In this document: positions 52,381 through 64,000 of the stretch, one piece after another
Position numbering within the stretch: position 1 is the stretch's first letter
Layout of the letters: each line of letters starts with the position of its first letter
Assembly (NCBI RefSeq): GCF_006345805.1
Contig: NC_043017.1
Location: forward strand, 21,638,001-21,702,000
DNA length: 64,000 nucleotides
Direction: 5' to 3'
Source of the DNA: Octopus sinensis
Lineage: Eukaryota
Program-made: the position numbers and the translations under genes
Notes under the pieces: model-generated
What the model was told of the DNA's origin: nothing
Seen by the model: the letters and a program-made list of their open reading frames with translations, nothing else
Databases searched by the model: none

Positions 52381-53934
52381 CAATTTCCAATGGACTGCTT
52401 GACCACTTCAACACTGACTCCCTACCCTGGTAGCTCCATTGACCAAACAACTAGACAACACATTATTGTATTGAAACCAATACCACACCTACAAACGTCT
52501 TTATAATCCATATTTCTTTGAGCGTTTGCTCCTTGTCAAGAGAAGCTCACAGCTGATGTAACTATTTTATATGCTGTTAGCCAATAATGACTGCTGTGAC
52601 ATGGAAGTAATGTATTTTCACAAGCCTCAACAGATGGTCCAGAATACTAATAAATAAATTAAAATACCATTGTAGAACCAGCGTCCATCCATTATGGAAA
52701 GTTTTTCAGATAGGGTTACCAATGATTTATGGGGAAAACGGGTGAGGCTCAGAATTACAAATGTACATATTGACATGTCAGTCTGCCATGGGTGTGTGTA
52801 TCTGTGTGCATCTGTATTATGTGTGTATGTAAGTGTGTATGTATGCATGTATCTAACTATCTATATATATGTGTGTGTGTGTATACACACACATGTATGC
52901 ATATGTATGTATATGTAGGTGTATGTATATATGTGTGTGTGCCTGTGTGTGTATACATACACGTATGCATATATATATATATGTATGTGTAGATGTATGT
53001 ATATATGTATGTGTAGGTGTATGTATCTATCTATGTAAATGTGTATGTGTGTGTGTGTGTGTGTGTATGTGTGCATGTATTGTCTATTTTCTGTCTTCTT
53101 GCCACACTTTGCATGAACAAACCAGTAAAACATTAAAGGTGGCACTTGGGGCTGGGCTGGACTGGGGGGAGTCATAGTAATTGCTGCTGTTATTGTTGTT
53201 GATGTCTTAGTGGTGGTGGTGGATGTGGTGGCAAGTGGCAGTGCTGCTGGTGGTAGTAATGTTGGTGGTGGATGTGGTGGCAGTGTTTGTGGTGGTGGTA
53301 GTGGGTTTGGGTGTATGTTTATGGGACAGACATGGAAATGCAGGGAAACAGAGAGTATGCAGAAACATGTGCTGTGTAGAGAAGAGGAGGAGGAGTAGGT
53401 GTGCCTGGGCGTGCATCAGCAAGAGAGGAGAGAGAAAGGAGAAAGAGAGACAGAGGTGGAAAACAGTAAAGGAGAGAGAGAGAGGGGAGAGAGAAAGAGG
53501 AGAGAGAGAATTAGTCTAACAGAGTAATTAAGGTGTGTGTGTATGTATGCATGCATCTATCTACATATATATAATGAGAGAAGATGTATGTGTGTTCACG
53601 AGTGTGAGTAAGTGTGTGTGTGTGTGTTAGTGTTTGCGTGTATGTGTGTAAGAGTGTGTATGTGTGTGTGTTTGAAAGAGGAGAGAATAATAAAAGAAAG
53701 GAAGTTGTTGGTGTTAAATGAAAACTAAAGCTGTGAAATAGATTGATAGTGAGAGAAAGAAGACTTGATCACTCACCCAGCTTCATACCACCACCACCAT
53801 CACCACCACAACCATCATCACCACCAGCATCATCACCATTACCGCCAACATCACCTCAACTGCTGCCACCGCCACCCCATCTCCTGGTGACTTTAGTACT
53901 TATCACTATGTTAATAGTATTCAAGGCTTGTTTC

Positions 53935-54300
53935 AAGACCTGACTATAACTTTCGCCCTTCATTCTCGTTGGCTCAGAGGACTGATTGGTCTGAGAAAGA
54001 AGGGACATTGCCCATGGCCTTTTTGTAGTCTTTCTGAGAGTCGTCAGCTGAATGCCATCAATGATCTGCTTGAACCTTTGTAAGTCAACACCTGCAAAGA
54101 AAGCCATGAGTTGGGAGAGAGAGATTCCACAGGAAGGACGAGATACAGAAGTTAGTGTGGAGCTTGGCAGATTGGACACCACAAGGGTAATGGAAAAGGA
54201 GAGCGATGAATGGGTCAAGAGGGCCTTAGTGGAGGTGGCATGAACCCAGCCATCTCACAGAAGTAGAGGTCATTATGGAGGGCATTATATCAAAAGGGCA
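53935..54300 (-). pseudogene. Possible decayed tyrosine-recombinase (DIRS/Ngaro/Crypton-like) C-terminus
   Basis: SLSFSI..VV...RPSCGISLSQLMAFFAGVDLQRFKQII then, after a frameshift, WHSADDSQKDYKK; resembles the H-x-x-R...AF..G...W-x-S...Y layout. Confidence 0.35.
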
Positions 54301-54921
54301 GGGTGAAAAGACACCACACCTGTGGGCCACTTCATCTCCATTATTCTGAATGTTTGACTCACAATTCAAGTTTCATGCAACAGGCAATCTTCAAGTGAGA
54401 ACTGTTACAACTTGGTTTTGAGCTATATTTATATTTATATTCGTTGATGTTACTGTGATCACATGTTTGTGTTTGTTCATTAGTTTCTGTTTTGCCAGTC
54501 ACTGGCTGGTTGTTATTTTTCTATTTTATGATTAATTATTTAAAAATTTTTTTGTGGGTTGATGTTTTTTTATTGCTGTGTTTGTTTATGAGGAGGTGCG
54601 TGTTTTTAATTTCTAGCTTAGATTTGTCTGTCCATCTCATTAAGATTCTTTATTTTCTTACGTAGTTTTTTTTTGGTCAACATTAACAGACATATCCAAA
54701 TAACAAATTAATAAGATGCACTGTCACCACCACCACCAACAACAACAACAACAAATACAAAGAAAATCAATTGAAATTATCTCATTTTTATATCTGAGAG
54801 TCACTAACAATTGTCATGAAAGATTTTCTTTTCTTTTTCAACTAAATGACAAATTTCATTTCATTAATGATGAAACGAAATTTATCATTCAATACAACAC
54901 CACCTGCCTGTATACACACAC

Positions 54922-54972
<51 letters not shown>

Positions 54973-55339
54973 ATATGTATGTATATGTGTGTGTATATAT
55001 ATGTGTGTGTGCATGTATATATATATATATATATATACACCCCTTCCTATTAGTTTTCACTGTCATGTTTGTGTTACCTATTTTGACGTTCTGCAAATTT
55101 TATTTAAATTGCTTTGCTGGAGCAACTGTTTTATCAAAAGTGTATACTGTAGTTAAATGCTCAAAATATGAGACTAGAAAAACAGCCAACAACTGATGAA
55201 GGGTTGTTCTTTATGCTTGTTTTGTTTTCCATTTGTGTCTTCCATTGTTTGAAAGAATAGTTCATGTTCCATGTACTTGTGCTTCGTACTTTTTGTTGTA
55301 AATGTTTCATACGTCCTGTTCCCACATATGTATATGTAT

Positions 55340-55394
<55 letters not shown>

Positions 55395-55969
55395 ATAGAT
55401 GTAAGTATGTACACATACGTATTTATATATGCATATATATATATTATTTATATTATATTATATATATATATTAATTATATATATATGTGTGTGTATATAT
55501 ATATATATATTCTTTTTTATAGGGGAATACATGGTCTACAGAGAGGGAGAGAGAGAGAGAGAGTGAGAGAGAGAGGGAGAGAGAGACACAGAGAGACAGA
55601 CAGACAGAGACAAACAGACAGAGAGAAAGAGAGAGGGAGAGAGAGAAGGAGCGAGAGAGAGAGAAAGAAAGAGAGAAGGGGGTGAAAGAGAGAAGGAAGG
55701 AGAAAAACTGAGAGCTGAATTTCTATACAACATGAATATGAGACAGAACAGGGGACTGGAATTATGTTTATATATATTCTTTAAATTTTTTATTCATTTG
55801 TTTGTTGAAGTCATTTGACTATGGCCAAGCCGGAGCACCACCTTTTGTCGAACTATTTAGATAAATTTGCTAGTCTAAATACTAAAGAATGAAAACCTTC
55901 AATCATATTTGGTATCATGCTCTAAAGACCTGATTAATAATAACAGAATTAATTTACTAAATTCTTCAT

Positions 55970-56318
55970 TAGGAGTGGCTGTGTGGTAAGTAGCTTGGGC
56001 AAGTGTCTTCTGCTATAGCCCCGGGCCGACCAATGCCTTGTGAGTGGATTTGGTAGACGGAAACTGAAGGAAGCCTGTCGTATATATGTATATATATATA
56101 TATATATATGTGCATGTGTGTGTGTCTGTGTTTGTCCCCTTAGCATTGCTTGACAACCGTTGCTGGTGTGTTAACGTCCCCGTCACTTAGCGGTTCGGCA
56201 AAAGAGACCGATAGAATAAGTACTGGGCTTACAAAGAATAAGTCCCGGGGTCGAATTGCTCGACTAAAGGTGGTGCTCCAGCATGGCCGCAGTCAAATGA
56301 CTGAAACAAGTAAAAGAG
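55970..56318 (+). mobile_element. SINE family A (internal head deletion)
   Basis: Low-divergence core and tail. Confidence 0.9.
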
Positions 56319-57068
56319 TATTATTTTGTAAATTAATTGAAACAAAGGCCACACATTTCTATAATAATATGGTAATACAAGGGTTAAACAATTCTGTACA
56401 CCAAAGTATGTTTATTGCTTTAAAACATAGTCTTTCAGAGGAATTAGTCTTGGGAAACATACCCCTAATTTTCAGTGAAGGCATAAGAGGTTTTCACAGC
56501 AATCAGAGTTTCTGGTTTGATGGTTGTTGTCTGGCAACACTAATTCTACCAAACTTGTTGAAATGTTGTGGCTTCAAGCTTAGTTTAAACAAGACTGTTT
56601 AGATTATTACAAACAGGTAAGTTAATTTGCATATTGGTGTTAGCTTGATGCTGATTAGAAATTCTCTTTTACACCATCACAGCATGAAACAAACCAAATG
56701 GAAAATGGAAACAAGGTAAAAGGAAAAAAAAAAAAACCCCCAAAAGCTTCAGAATTAAATTCTTATAAATATTTTCTTCTTTTGTTTTGCAATGTGCACA
56801 TATATTTTCCTCCTTCTCTCTCCTTTCCTCGTGTGTGTGCATGTGCATGCGTGTGTGTGTGTGTATGTGTGTGTTTGCAATAAATGATAGAGACGGCATA
56901 TGAAATATACAAGAAACTTTATTGCTCACAACGATCGTCTCAACTCATCTTGCATCGATCCCTATATATCTATGTATACACATATAAATATACATATACA
57001 TACATATCTCTCTCTCCCCTCTCTTGCTCTCTCGGTCTCTCTCTCTCTCTCTCTCTCTCTCCTCTCTC

Positions 57069-57111
<43 letters not shown>

Positions 57112-57112
<1 letters not shown>

Positions 57113-57441
57113 GTTAATCCAAACAAGAAAGCACAAAAAAACACAACAACGCGAGGATGTGGAACAAATATAGTATTATTGGACGCTCAGGAAAGATGGA
57201 GGGTTTAACGTTTCGAGCAGAGCTCTTCGTCGGAAACATAGAAGGAAAGATCCAGAGAAGGGAAGACAGAGGAAAAAAATTGCTAACGGTACACACGAGG
57301 TCACATTTTGAAAGACCTCAAATTCATCACAGTGGCGCGTGAGAGGCATGAAGCGGAGTCCCTTACTGAGGAGAGAGCGCTCGGCAGCGGAGAGGAGGAG
57401 ATTGGGGTGTATAGTGACAACAGTGTGAGGAAGCAGGGTGG
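57112..57441 (-). mobile_element. Internally deleted Penelope-like element
   Basis: Minus strand encodes VVTIHPNLLLSAAERSLLSKGLRFMPL (PLE ORF N-terminal L(S/T)..E..LL.KGL.F.P motif) fused to a hammerhead-bearing 3' end at (AT)n. Confidence 0.75.
57203..57237 (-). ncRNA. Minimal type I hammerhead ribozyme, U4C core variant
   Basis: GUUU-CCGACGA-A-GAGC(UCU)GCUC-GAA-ACGU-U-AAAC; predicted cut between 57207 and 57206. Confidence 0.65.
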
Positions 57442-57473
57442 TATATATATATATACACACACACACACATATA

Positions 57474-57521
<48 letters not shown>

Positions 57522-59016
57522 CATATATATATATATACATATATAAAGTAGTTGTATACTGTCAACTTAATGTGACCGTCCCATGAAGGGAATATATATA
57601 TATATGATGAGCTTCTTTCTGTTTCTGTCTACCAGATTCACTCACAAGGCTTTGGTCAGCCAAAGGCTATGTTAGAAGATACATTCCCAAGGTGCTGCGC
57701 AGTGGGATTGAGCCCAGAGCCATGTAGTTGGGAACCCAGCTTCTTACCACACAGCCATGTCATGCAAGTATGGAAAAGGGGATGTTAACCCAACAACTAA
57801 GATGAGGTTGTTGATGATGATGATGATGATGATGATAATGATTATGATAGTAAATCCAATTATCAGATATAACCTTCTTTTCTCGTTAAGAGCCCATAAT
57901 CAAAGACCTTCCAACCATGCCCCCACCACCATCACCACCAGATGAAATTATCTAAAGTTTCCTGTTATTCTTCTCACAGCATTAGGGTGTGATTTTTAGG
58001 GAGACGCAACTGTTATTTCAGCAATTCACACAACCACATAGAGGCTTCGTCATCAAATTAACGATGTCATTATGATGGTGGTGGTGGTGTTGTTGTTGTT
58101 GTTGTTGTTGTTGTTAGTGGTGGTGGTGGTGGTGGTGGATAGAGTTTAATATGGCTTGTTAATTACTCTGTTGGTAACGATGCAGCTAATTAGTGTAAAG
58201 ATGGAAATGCTGATTGTGCAGATAACAACGCTTGAATGTCTATTAATATTTATTGTGCACCAAATATGCATATGCAGTGCACTGCTGTTAAAAGCGCATT
58301 GTGGCAGAGGTTGCACAACGTTTTCTTAATTTCAATTGCTACAAAGCAAAATTTCAACATTGCTGCTGTTGCTGCTGTTGCTGCTGTTGCTGCCCCTGTT
58401 AGGAATTTGTGAGTATTTGAAGTTATATACAAGGGATTTTGTTTTGTTTCTTTTTTAGAAAAACTCATAAGGAAGGGACAAGCCTTTAGCTTTTGGGTTA
58501 TTTGCTTTATCAGCATTTCATCCACTTATATTAAAATGTGGTGTTTAAGATAGCAATGATGATGGTGATGGTGATGATGATGATGATGAAGAGAAGGAAG
58601 ATCGAGATGATGAATATAACGACGATGATGACAATAAACATGATGATGATGATAATGATTAAAATGATGATGACAATGGTACTGATGGTGGTGATGATGA
58701 TGATGGTGAGAAGGAAGCAGGTGAGGATGATGATAATGATGATGGTAGCGGTGAAGATAAGGATGATGATGGGATGAGGAAGAGAAAGAGGGGGAGGAGG
58801 GGAGAGGAGGAGAAGGGCGATTATGATGGTGGCGGTGGTGGTGGAACAAAGGATAACAGTGTTGGAGATGATGAGAATGATGATGGCGGTGGTGGTGGTT
58901 ATTGTGGGTGGTGATAGTGACAGTAACGATAATGATGAGAGTGGTGAGGGCATTGGCAGTGGGTGGTAATGCCAATAATAATCATAACAATCACAATGAT
59001 GATGATCATGACGATA

Positions 59017-59047
<31 letters not shown>

Positions 59048-59134
59048 TTGTTATGCTCAAGGAAATAAAAGGACTGATCATCAATGATAAGCCAAAATTT
59101 GAAATCCTAATTATTTTCCTCGTTATTGTTATTA

Positions 59135-59264
59135 CCCCAGTATTCCACTGGTACTTAATTTATTAACCCCGAAAGAATGGAAGGTAAATTCGAATTCTGT
59201 CAAGGGCAACTTGGCTTTTCATCCTTTCGGGGTTGATAAATTAAGTACCAGTGGAATACTGGGG
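59135..59264. repeat. 50-bp inverted repeat of family B SINE sequence, 30-nt loop
   Basis: 59135-59184 vs 59215-59264, 46/50. Confidence 0.9.
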
Positions 59265-59334
59265 GACGATGTGATCGACTGTCCCCACTCCCCACAAAAC
59301 ACAAAATCCAGGCCTCGTGCCTATAGTAGAAAGG

Positions 59335-59366
<32 letters not shown>

Positions 59367-59896
59367 CATTATCATCATTATTTACCCAAGAGTGTCTGGT
59401 CTGTAACATATTAGTGTTTCAGAAAACTCTGTCTGTCTCTTTCTCTCTCTCTCTCTCACTCCATATATATATATGTATATATATAATCCCTTCTGATTAC
59501 CTTTTCTGGCTGTTGATACTTTTGGCAACAGTTCCTCCCCACCACCACCACACACACTAAGTCAATTCCCAGTCCCCTTTCCTCCACCCCACCTCATACT
59601 TGTTGCATTTCAATTCTCAACAGATTTAAGTGTGTCTGATGAATGTTTCATAAATATTTTCATATCTTGGCTTATTATTTCCCAGTTGACATCATTGTCC
59701 TCTTCTCCATCATCATCATCATTGTCATCGTCATCCTCCTCCTCCTCCTCCTCCTCCTCATCATCATCATCATCATCGTCGTCGTCACCATCATCATCAT
59801 TGACATCAGATTAATTATAGCCATTTCCAACAACAAACTCTCTCACACACAAAAAAGAAAAAAACAATTAGAAATATAATATAAATAATGAAATAC

Positions 59897-59930
<34 letters not shown>

Positions 59931-60086
59931 TGTTTGTTTTTGTTGTTATCGTTGTTGTTGTTGTTATGATAAATTACACAATGGTTCAATTGGCCAATAT
60001 GCCAGTGTCTGCACGGAAGAGGTTTAGCGTTACATTACAAGTGGTTGGCAATGATGTAAAGTGAATCGGTGTGACGGGATGAGATG

Positions 60087-60418
60087 CACTGTGACGTGAT
60101 GTAAAGTAGTGATGCTATGGAAAGTGCAGCGATTTGATGTAGAGTACAGTGTTGTGGCATAGAGTACAGTGATGTGGTGTGGAGTACAGTGAGATGTGTA
60201 GACTACAATGATGTTATGTAAAGTACAGTTATATCATGTAGAGTACAATGACATTATGAATTGTACAGTAATGTTATGTGAAGTACAGAGAGATGTTTAG
60301 AGTATAATGATGTTATGAAAAGTCCAGTGATGTTATGTTAAGTACAGTGATGTGGGAAATATAGTGATGTTCTATAGAGCACAGTTATATCATGTGGAGT
60401 ACAGTGACATAATGTACA
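60087..60418. repeat. Degenerate 20-bp minisatellite
   Basis: Unit like GAGTACAGTGATGTTATGTA, about 16 copies. Confidence 0.85.
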
Positions 60419-60862
60419 GGTCAAATAATTATGTAGAAGATCTTCATTGGTTCATTCTTTGACTGACCATGGCTTGACCATTTGATGAAGATGTATATTA
60501 CCATTGAAACCGTTCCTCATCAATGAGTTAGGGTGGATAAAGGGTGGGATGTGACAATGTGGATAATAGTGTGTGTGTGTGCATGTGTGTGTGTGTGTGT
60601 GCGTGTGTGTGTGTCAATGTGAACTTCTCATCCTGTATACATCTGTGTGTGCCTCTCAGCATGTGTGTGTGACTACATGTGCATATAGGATGTGTAGATG
60701 TGCCCACATGTGTACACATGATGTGAGCATGCCAGCATATGTGTGTGTGTGTGTGTGTGTGTGTACGAGTTGGTTAAATTGATGTCAGAAGACAATGCAA
60801 TACCTGTGATATCATGGTGTCGATTCTGTCCTCCTTTCTGCAACCCTCCCCACAACACCTAC

Positions 60863-60913
60863 CTCTGTACGATATAAATTGGTTGCTATGTCTTGGTAAA
60901 ATGAATCGGTCAT
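60863..60913 (-). CDS. Candidate alternative first coding exon MTDSFYQDIATNLYRTE
   Basis: ATG in GTAATGA, 17 codons, strong donor GAG|GTAGGT, phase 0, CpG-retaining unique island. Confidence 0.4.
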
Positions 60914-63229
60914 TACAATAATTGACAAAATGATGATGATGACAACAACAACAACGGCAATGATGATGATGATGATAATGATGATTATGATAGTGATCAC
61001 AACGACAATGACAAAGGTGATGACCATTATGATAATCATTTGATGATGATGATGATGATGATCGTGCTGACAAGGAGTGATGATTGTGATGATTGTAATA
61101 AAGATTATGCAGATAATGGTGGTGTCTGTGGTAAGGACAAGGCTGCTGTTGCTTGTGATGATGGTGGTGATGATGATGATGATGATGATGATGACGATGG
61201 TGATGTTGATGTTGATGATGATGATGATGATGATAATGATTGTGTTGATGATCATGCCGATGGTAATGGTGACTAACATAGCGATGGCCAAGAGAACGAT
61301 AATGATGATGATGATGACGCCGACACAGAGAGTAGTGATAACGGCGTGAGTGGTAATGATGGTGATGACGGTGACAATGAAATAAAGTGGGAAAAGGAAA
61401 GGTGATAACGAGGAGGTTTATTGCTTCATCATTCTCCCCTCCTGACAACCCATGCATAAACACACACTCACCACACCCTTAGCAACCACCCCTCCCATGA
61501 GCCCCCTCAACTCCCCACTAGCCTATCAGCTATGTCCCCTTTTTTTCGCAAAAAGGCACAGAAGACAAGCTTAAAATGCAAAGGAGTTTAAAAGTCTGTC
61601 TTTATATATTGATTGAACAGTGTATGGAAATTTAGTTTAGCCTTCTTGTTGCGGCTAACTGCAGCGGTTTGGAGGAAAGAGAGCATCGCATATATGTACG
61701 TGCGTGAGTGGGTGTATGTGTGCATGTATGTATGTGTGTGTGTGCGTGTGCATGTGAGCATGCTATACGTGCATTTCACACATGCTGCACATGTGAATCG
61801 TCTATATTGGAGATCACTAGAAGCATTTAGTCGGAGCAGTTGCTAATAAAGCGTGCAAGAGACACTAGTACAGACACACACAGACACACACATGCACACA
61901 TACATACACATGCACACCCATGTGTGTGCATGCACATATGCACACAGGTAGAAGTGTACCAGTGTAAAAGTGCATCTGACATATTCATAAATAAGCATCC
62001 GCACACATCCACACACATACATTGCATATATGGATACACACATATGTACACATCAATAGTTACATGTATGCATATATGCATACAATCGCATGCACAAATA
62101 CATACATACATATATATACACACACAAATCCAGACATACGTCTAAACACAAACACATACAACCACAGGCCCACACACATACATAAACACACAAACATACA
62201 TATACACACACATACGTACAACCGTATGCACACACATATACATACATACACACATACCCACACTTACATGTATGCATACATACAAGCATACATACTACCA
62301 TATGCACAAACAAACATATATTCATACACACCAACATATGTAGACACACATGCATACATATACACATTCACTCTTATACACACACATGCAGATATTTATA
62401 TACATACATATATATATATATACACACATGCATACAAATACACACCACACATATATATATATATATACACACACACGTCTCCTTAGTCACTCTCGTTTTC
62501 TTTTTTGGTCACTTTGTTTTCCTCAAGTCACACACACACACACAGACACACACCAATTGAACACGTGTGTACATTAATATTCATGCTCTTGGTTACACAC
62601 ACACACACACACATACACAAACACATTCATACAAACACTCGTACATGTATACACGTAGATATACACATTTGCCCAGAAACATTTGCTAATAAAGAATGCA
62701 AAATATCAAAGTTGACACACACACACACACACACCACACACACACATACAGACACACACACACACATATAGACACACACACACACATACAGACACACACA
62801 CACAGAGCAGTACAAAGCACATATGCACATACATGTGCACATATAATCCTATATAAACACACACAAGCATGCAGATGCATGCACACACACACACACACAT
62901 GCACATACGCGTGTGCACATAAGCACACAAATGCAACCATGTCCTGAAGTGCATACACACATACGTATGCCAAACAAGGTAGAAAAACCCCAAAGTGAAA
63001 ACTTAGGAACACACACACACACACACACGTGTGCATGTAGACACATACGCACACATAGGCACACATACATTAGTATTCATACATAAACACATATAGGCAT
63101 ACACAAGCACGTACAAACACATAGATATAGACACATACACAGACACACGCACATGGTAACGAAGTGTGCTAAGATACAGAAACAATACTGCAAAGTGTCA
63201 TACACACACACACACACAACCAAACACAC

Positions 63230-63780
63230 TTTCACTTTCTCTTTTACCCCTCTCTCTCTCTTTTCCCCTTTCTCTTCTTTCTCTCTCTCTTTTCTCCCTC
63301 TCTCTCATTTCTCCCTCCTTCTCTTTTCTCCTTCCTTCTCTTATCCCTCTCTCTCTTCTCTTGGCTTCTCTTTTCTCTCTCCTTCTCTTTCCCCTTTCTC
63401 TTTTTTCTCTCTCTCTCTTTTCTCCTCCTTCTCTTTTCTCCTTCCTTCTCTTCCCCTCTTTCTTTTTTATCTCTCTCTCTCTCTCATTTCTCCTTCCTTC
63501 TCTTTTCTCCATCTCTCTCATTTCTCCCTCCTTCTCTTTCCCCCTTTCTCTCTTCTCTCTCTCTCTCTCATTTCTCTTGGCTTCTCTTTTCTCCCTCCTT
63601 CACTTTCCCCTTTCTCTCTTTTCTCTCTCTCTCTCTCTCTTTTCTCCTCCTTCTCTTTTCTCCTTCCTTCTCTTCCCCTCTTTCTTTTTTTATCTCTCTC
63701 TCTCTCTCATTTCTCCTTCCTTCTCTTCTCTCCCTCTCTCTCTTTTCTCCCTCGCTTCCTCTCATTTTCTTTAATTCCTT
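63230..63780. repeat. Long polypyrimidine tract with internal duplication (offset about 216)
   Basis: Almost only C/T; CTTGGCTTCTC...TTTATCTCTC block at about 63360 and 63576. Confidence 0.9.
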
Positions 63781-64000
63781 TCTTTTAACTCTCTGCCTCT
63801 GCGCCTGTCTGACCCTCTGTCTCTCTCTCTCTCTCTATCGTCTGCACATCTCTGCAATGAACATGCACACAGACACACACACACAACCACATTTGTTTAA
63901 GGTCCCAGTCATAAATCTATCAGCCCATACTGATACACACACACACACACACACAAATTACAAAGCACAAATAAATTCATATGCACAAATACACACACCA

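Noticed and set aside
55193-55199. CTGATGA as a hammerhead core (also CAGATGA near 3868 and CTGAAGA near 3119)
   Set aside because: No stem II, GAAA and stem III in register downstream.
60436-60495. Pre-miRNA-like hairpin
   Set aside because: Only 8 contiguous pairs plus large bulges; the stem is too short.
4158-63788. Long ORFs in the track rich in IY, CV, HT, poly-I/L/Y/D/M or SL repeats (e.g. 10010-10843, 32856-33677, 46919-47656, 63153-63788)
   Set aside because: They are translations of stop-free microsatellites with no splice or codon evidence.

Overview
Eukaryotic, repeat-saturated, essentially intronic DNA. The SINE families, MITEs and huge (AT)n/(CA)n/(ATT)n/(GATA)n/(GAT)n tracts look like an octopod (Octopus-like) genome; this is recognition from memory, not a database result. 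Nearly all ORFs in the supplied track are microsatellite artefacts. The only convincing coding signal is a minus-strand exon at 40462-40184 (M-TTSV-Q17...DRAQ, strong splice sites). Weaker ATG-bearing, phase-0 exon candidates at 60.9, 43.4 and 31.5 kb suggest the 5' multi-promoter region of one large unidentified gene. The most striking signal is a set of minimal type I hammerhead-ribozyme folds in short, (AT)n-flanked Penelope-like fragments. They belong to at least four sequence families, and every copy has a non-canonical core, including one with a swapped G3:C8 pair (16647-16693). The window also holds several near-perfect long hairpins, a MITE dimer that appears to have moved as a unit, an E-box-rich 19-bp minisatellite and other local tandem arrays. 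Repeat boundaries are read by eye and are approximate unless stated base-exactly.
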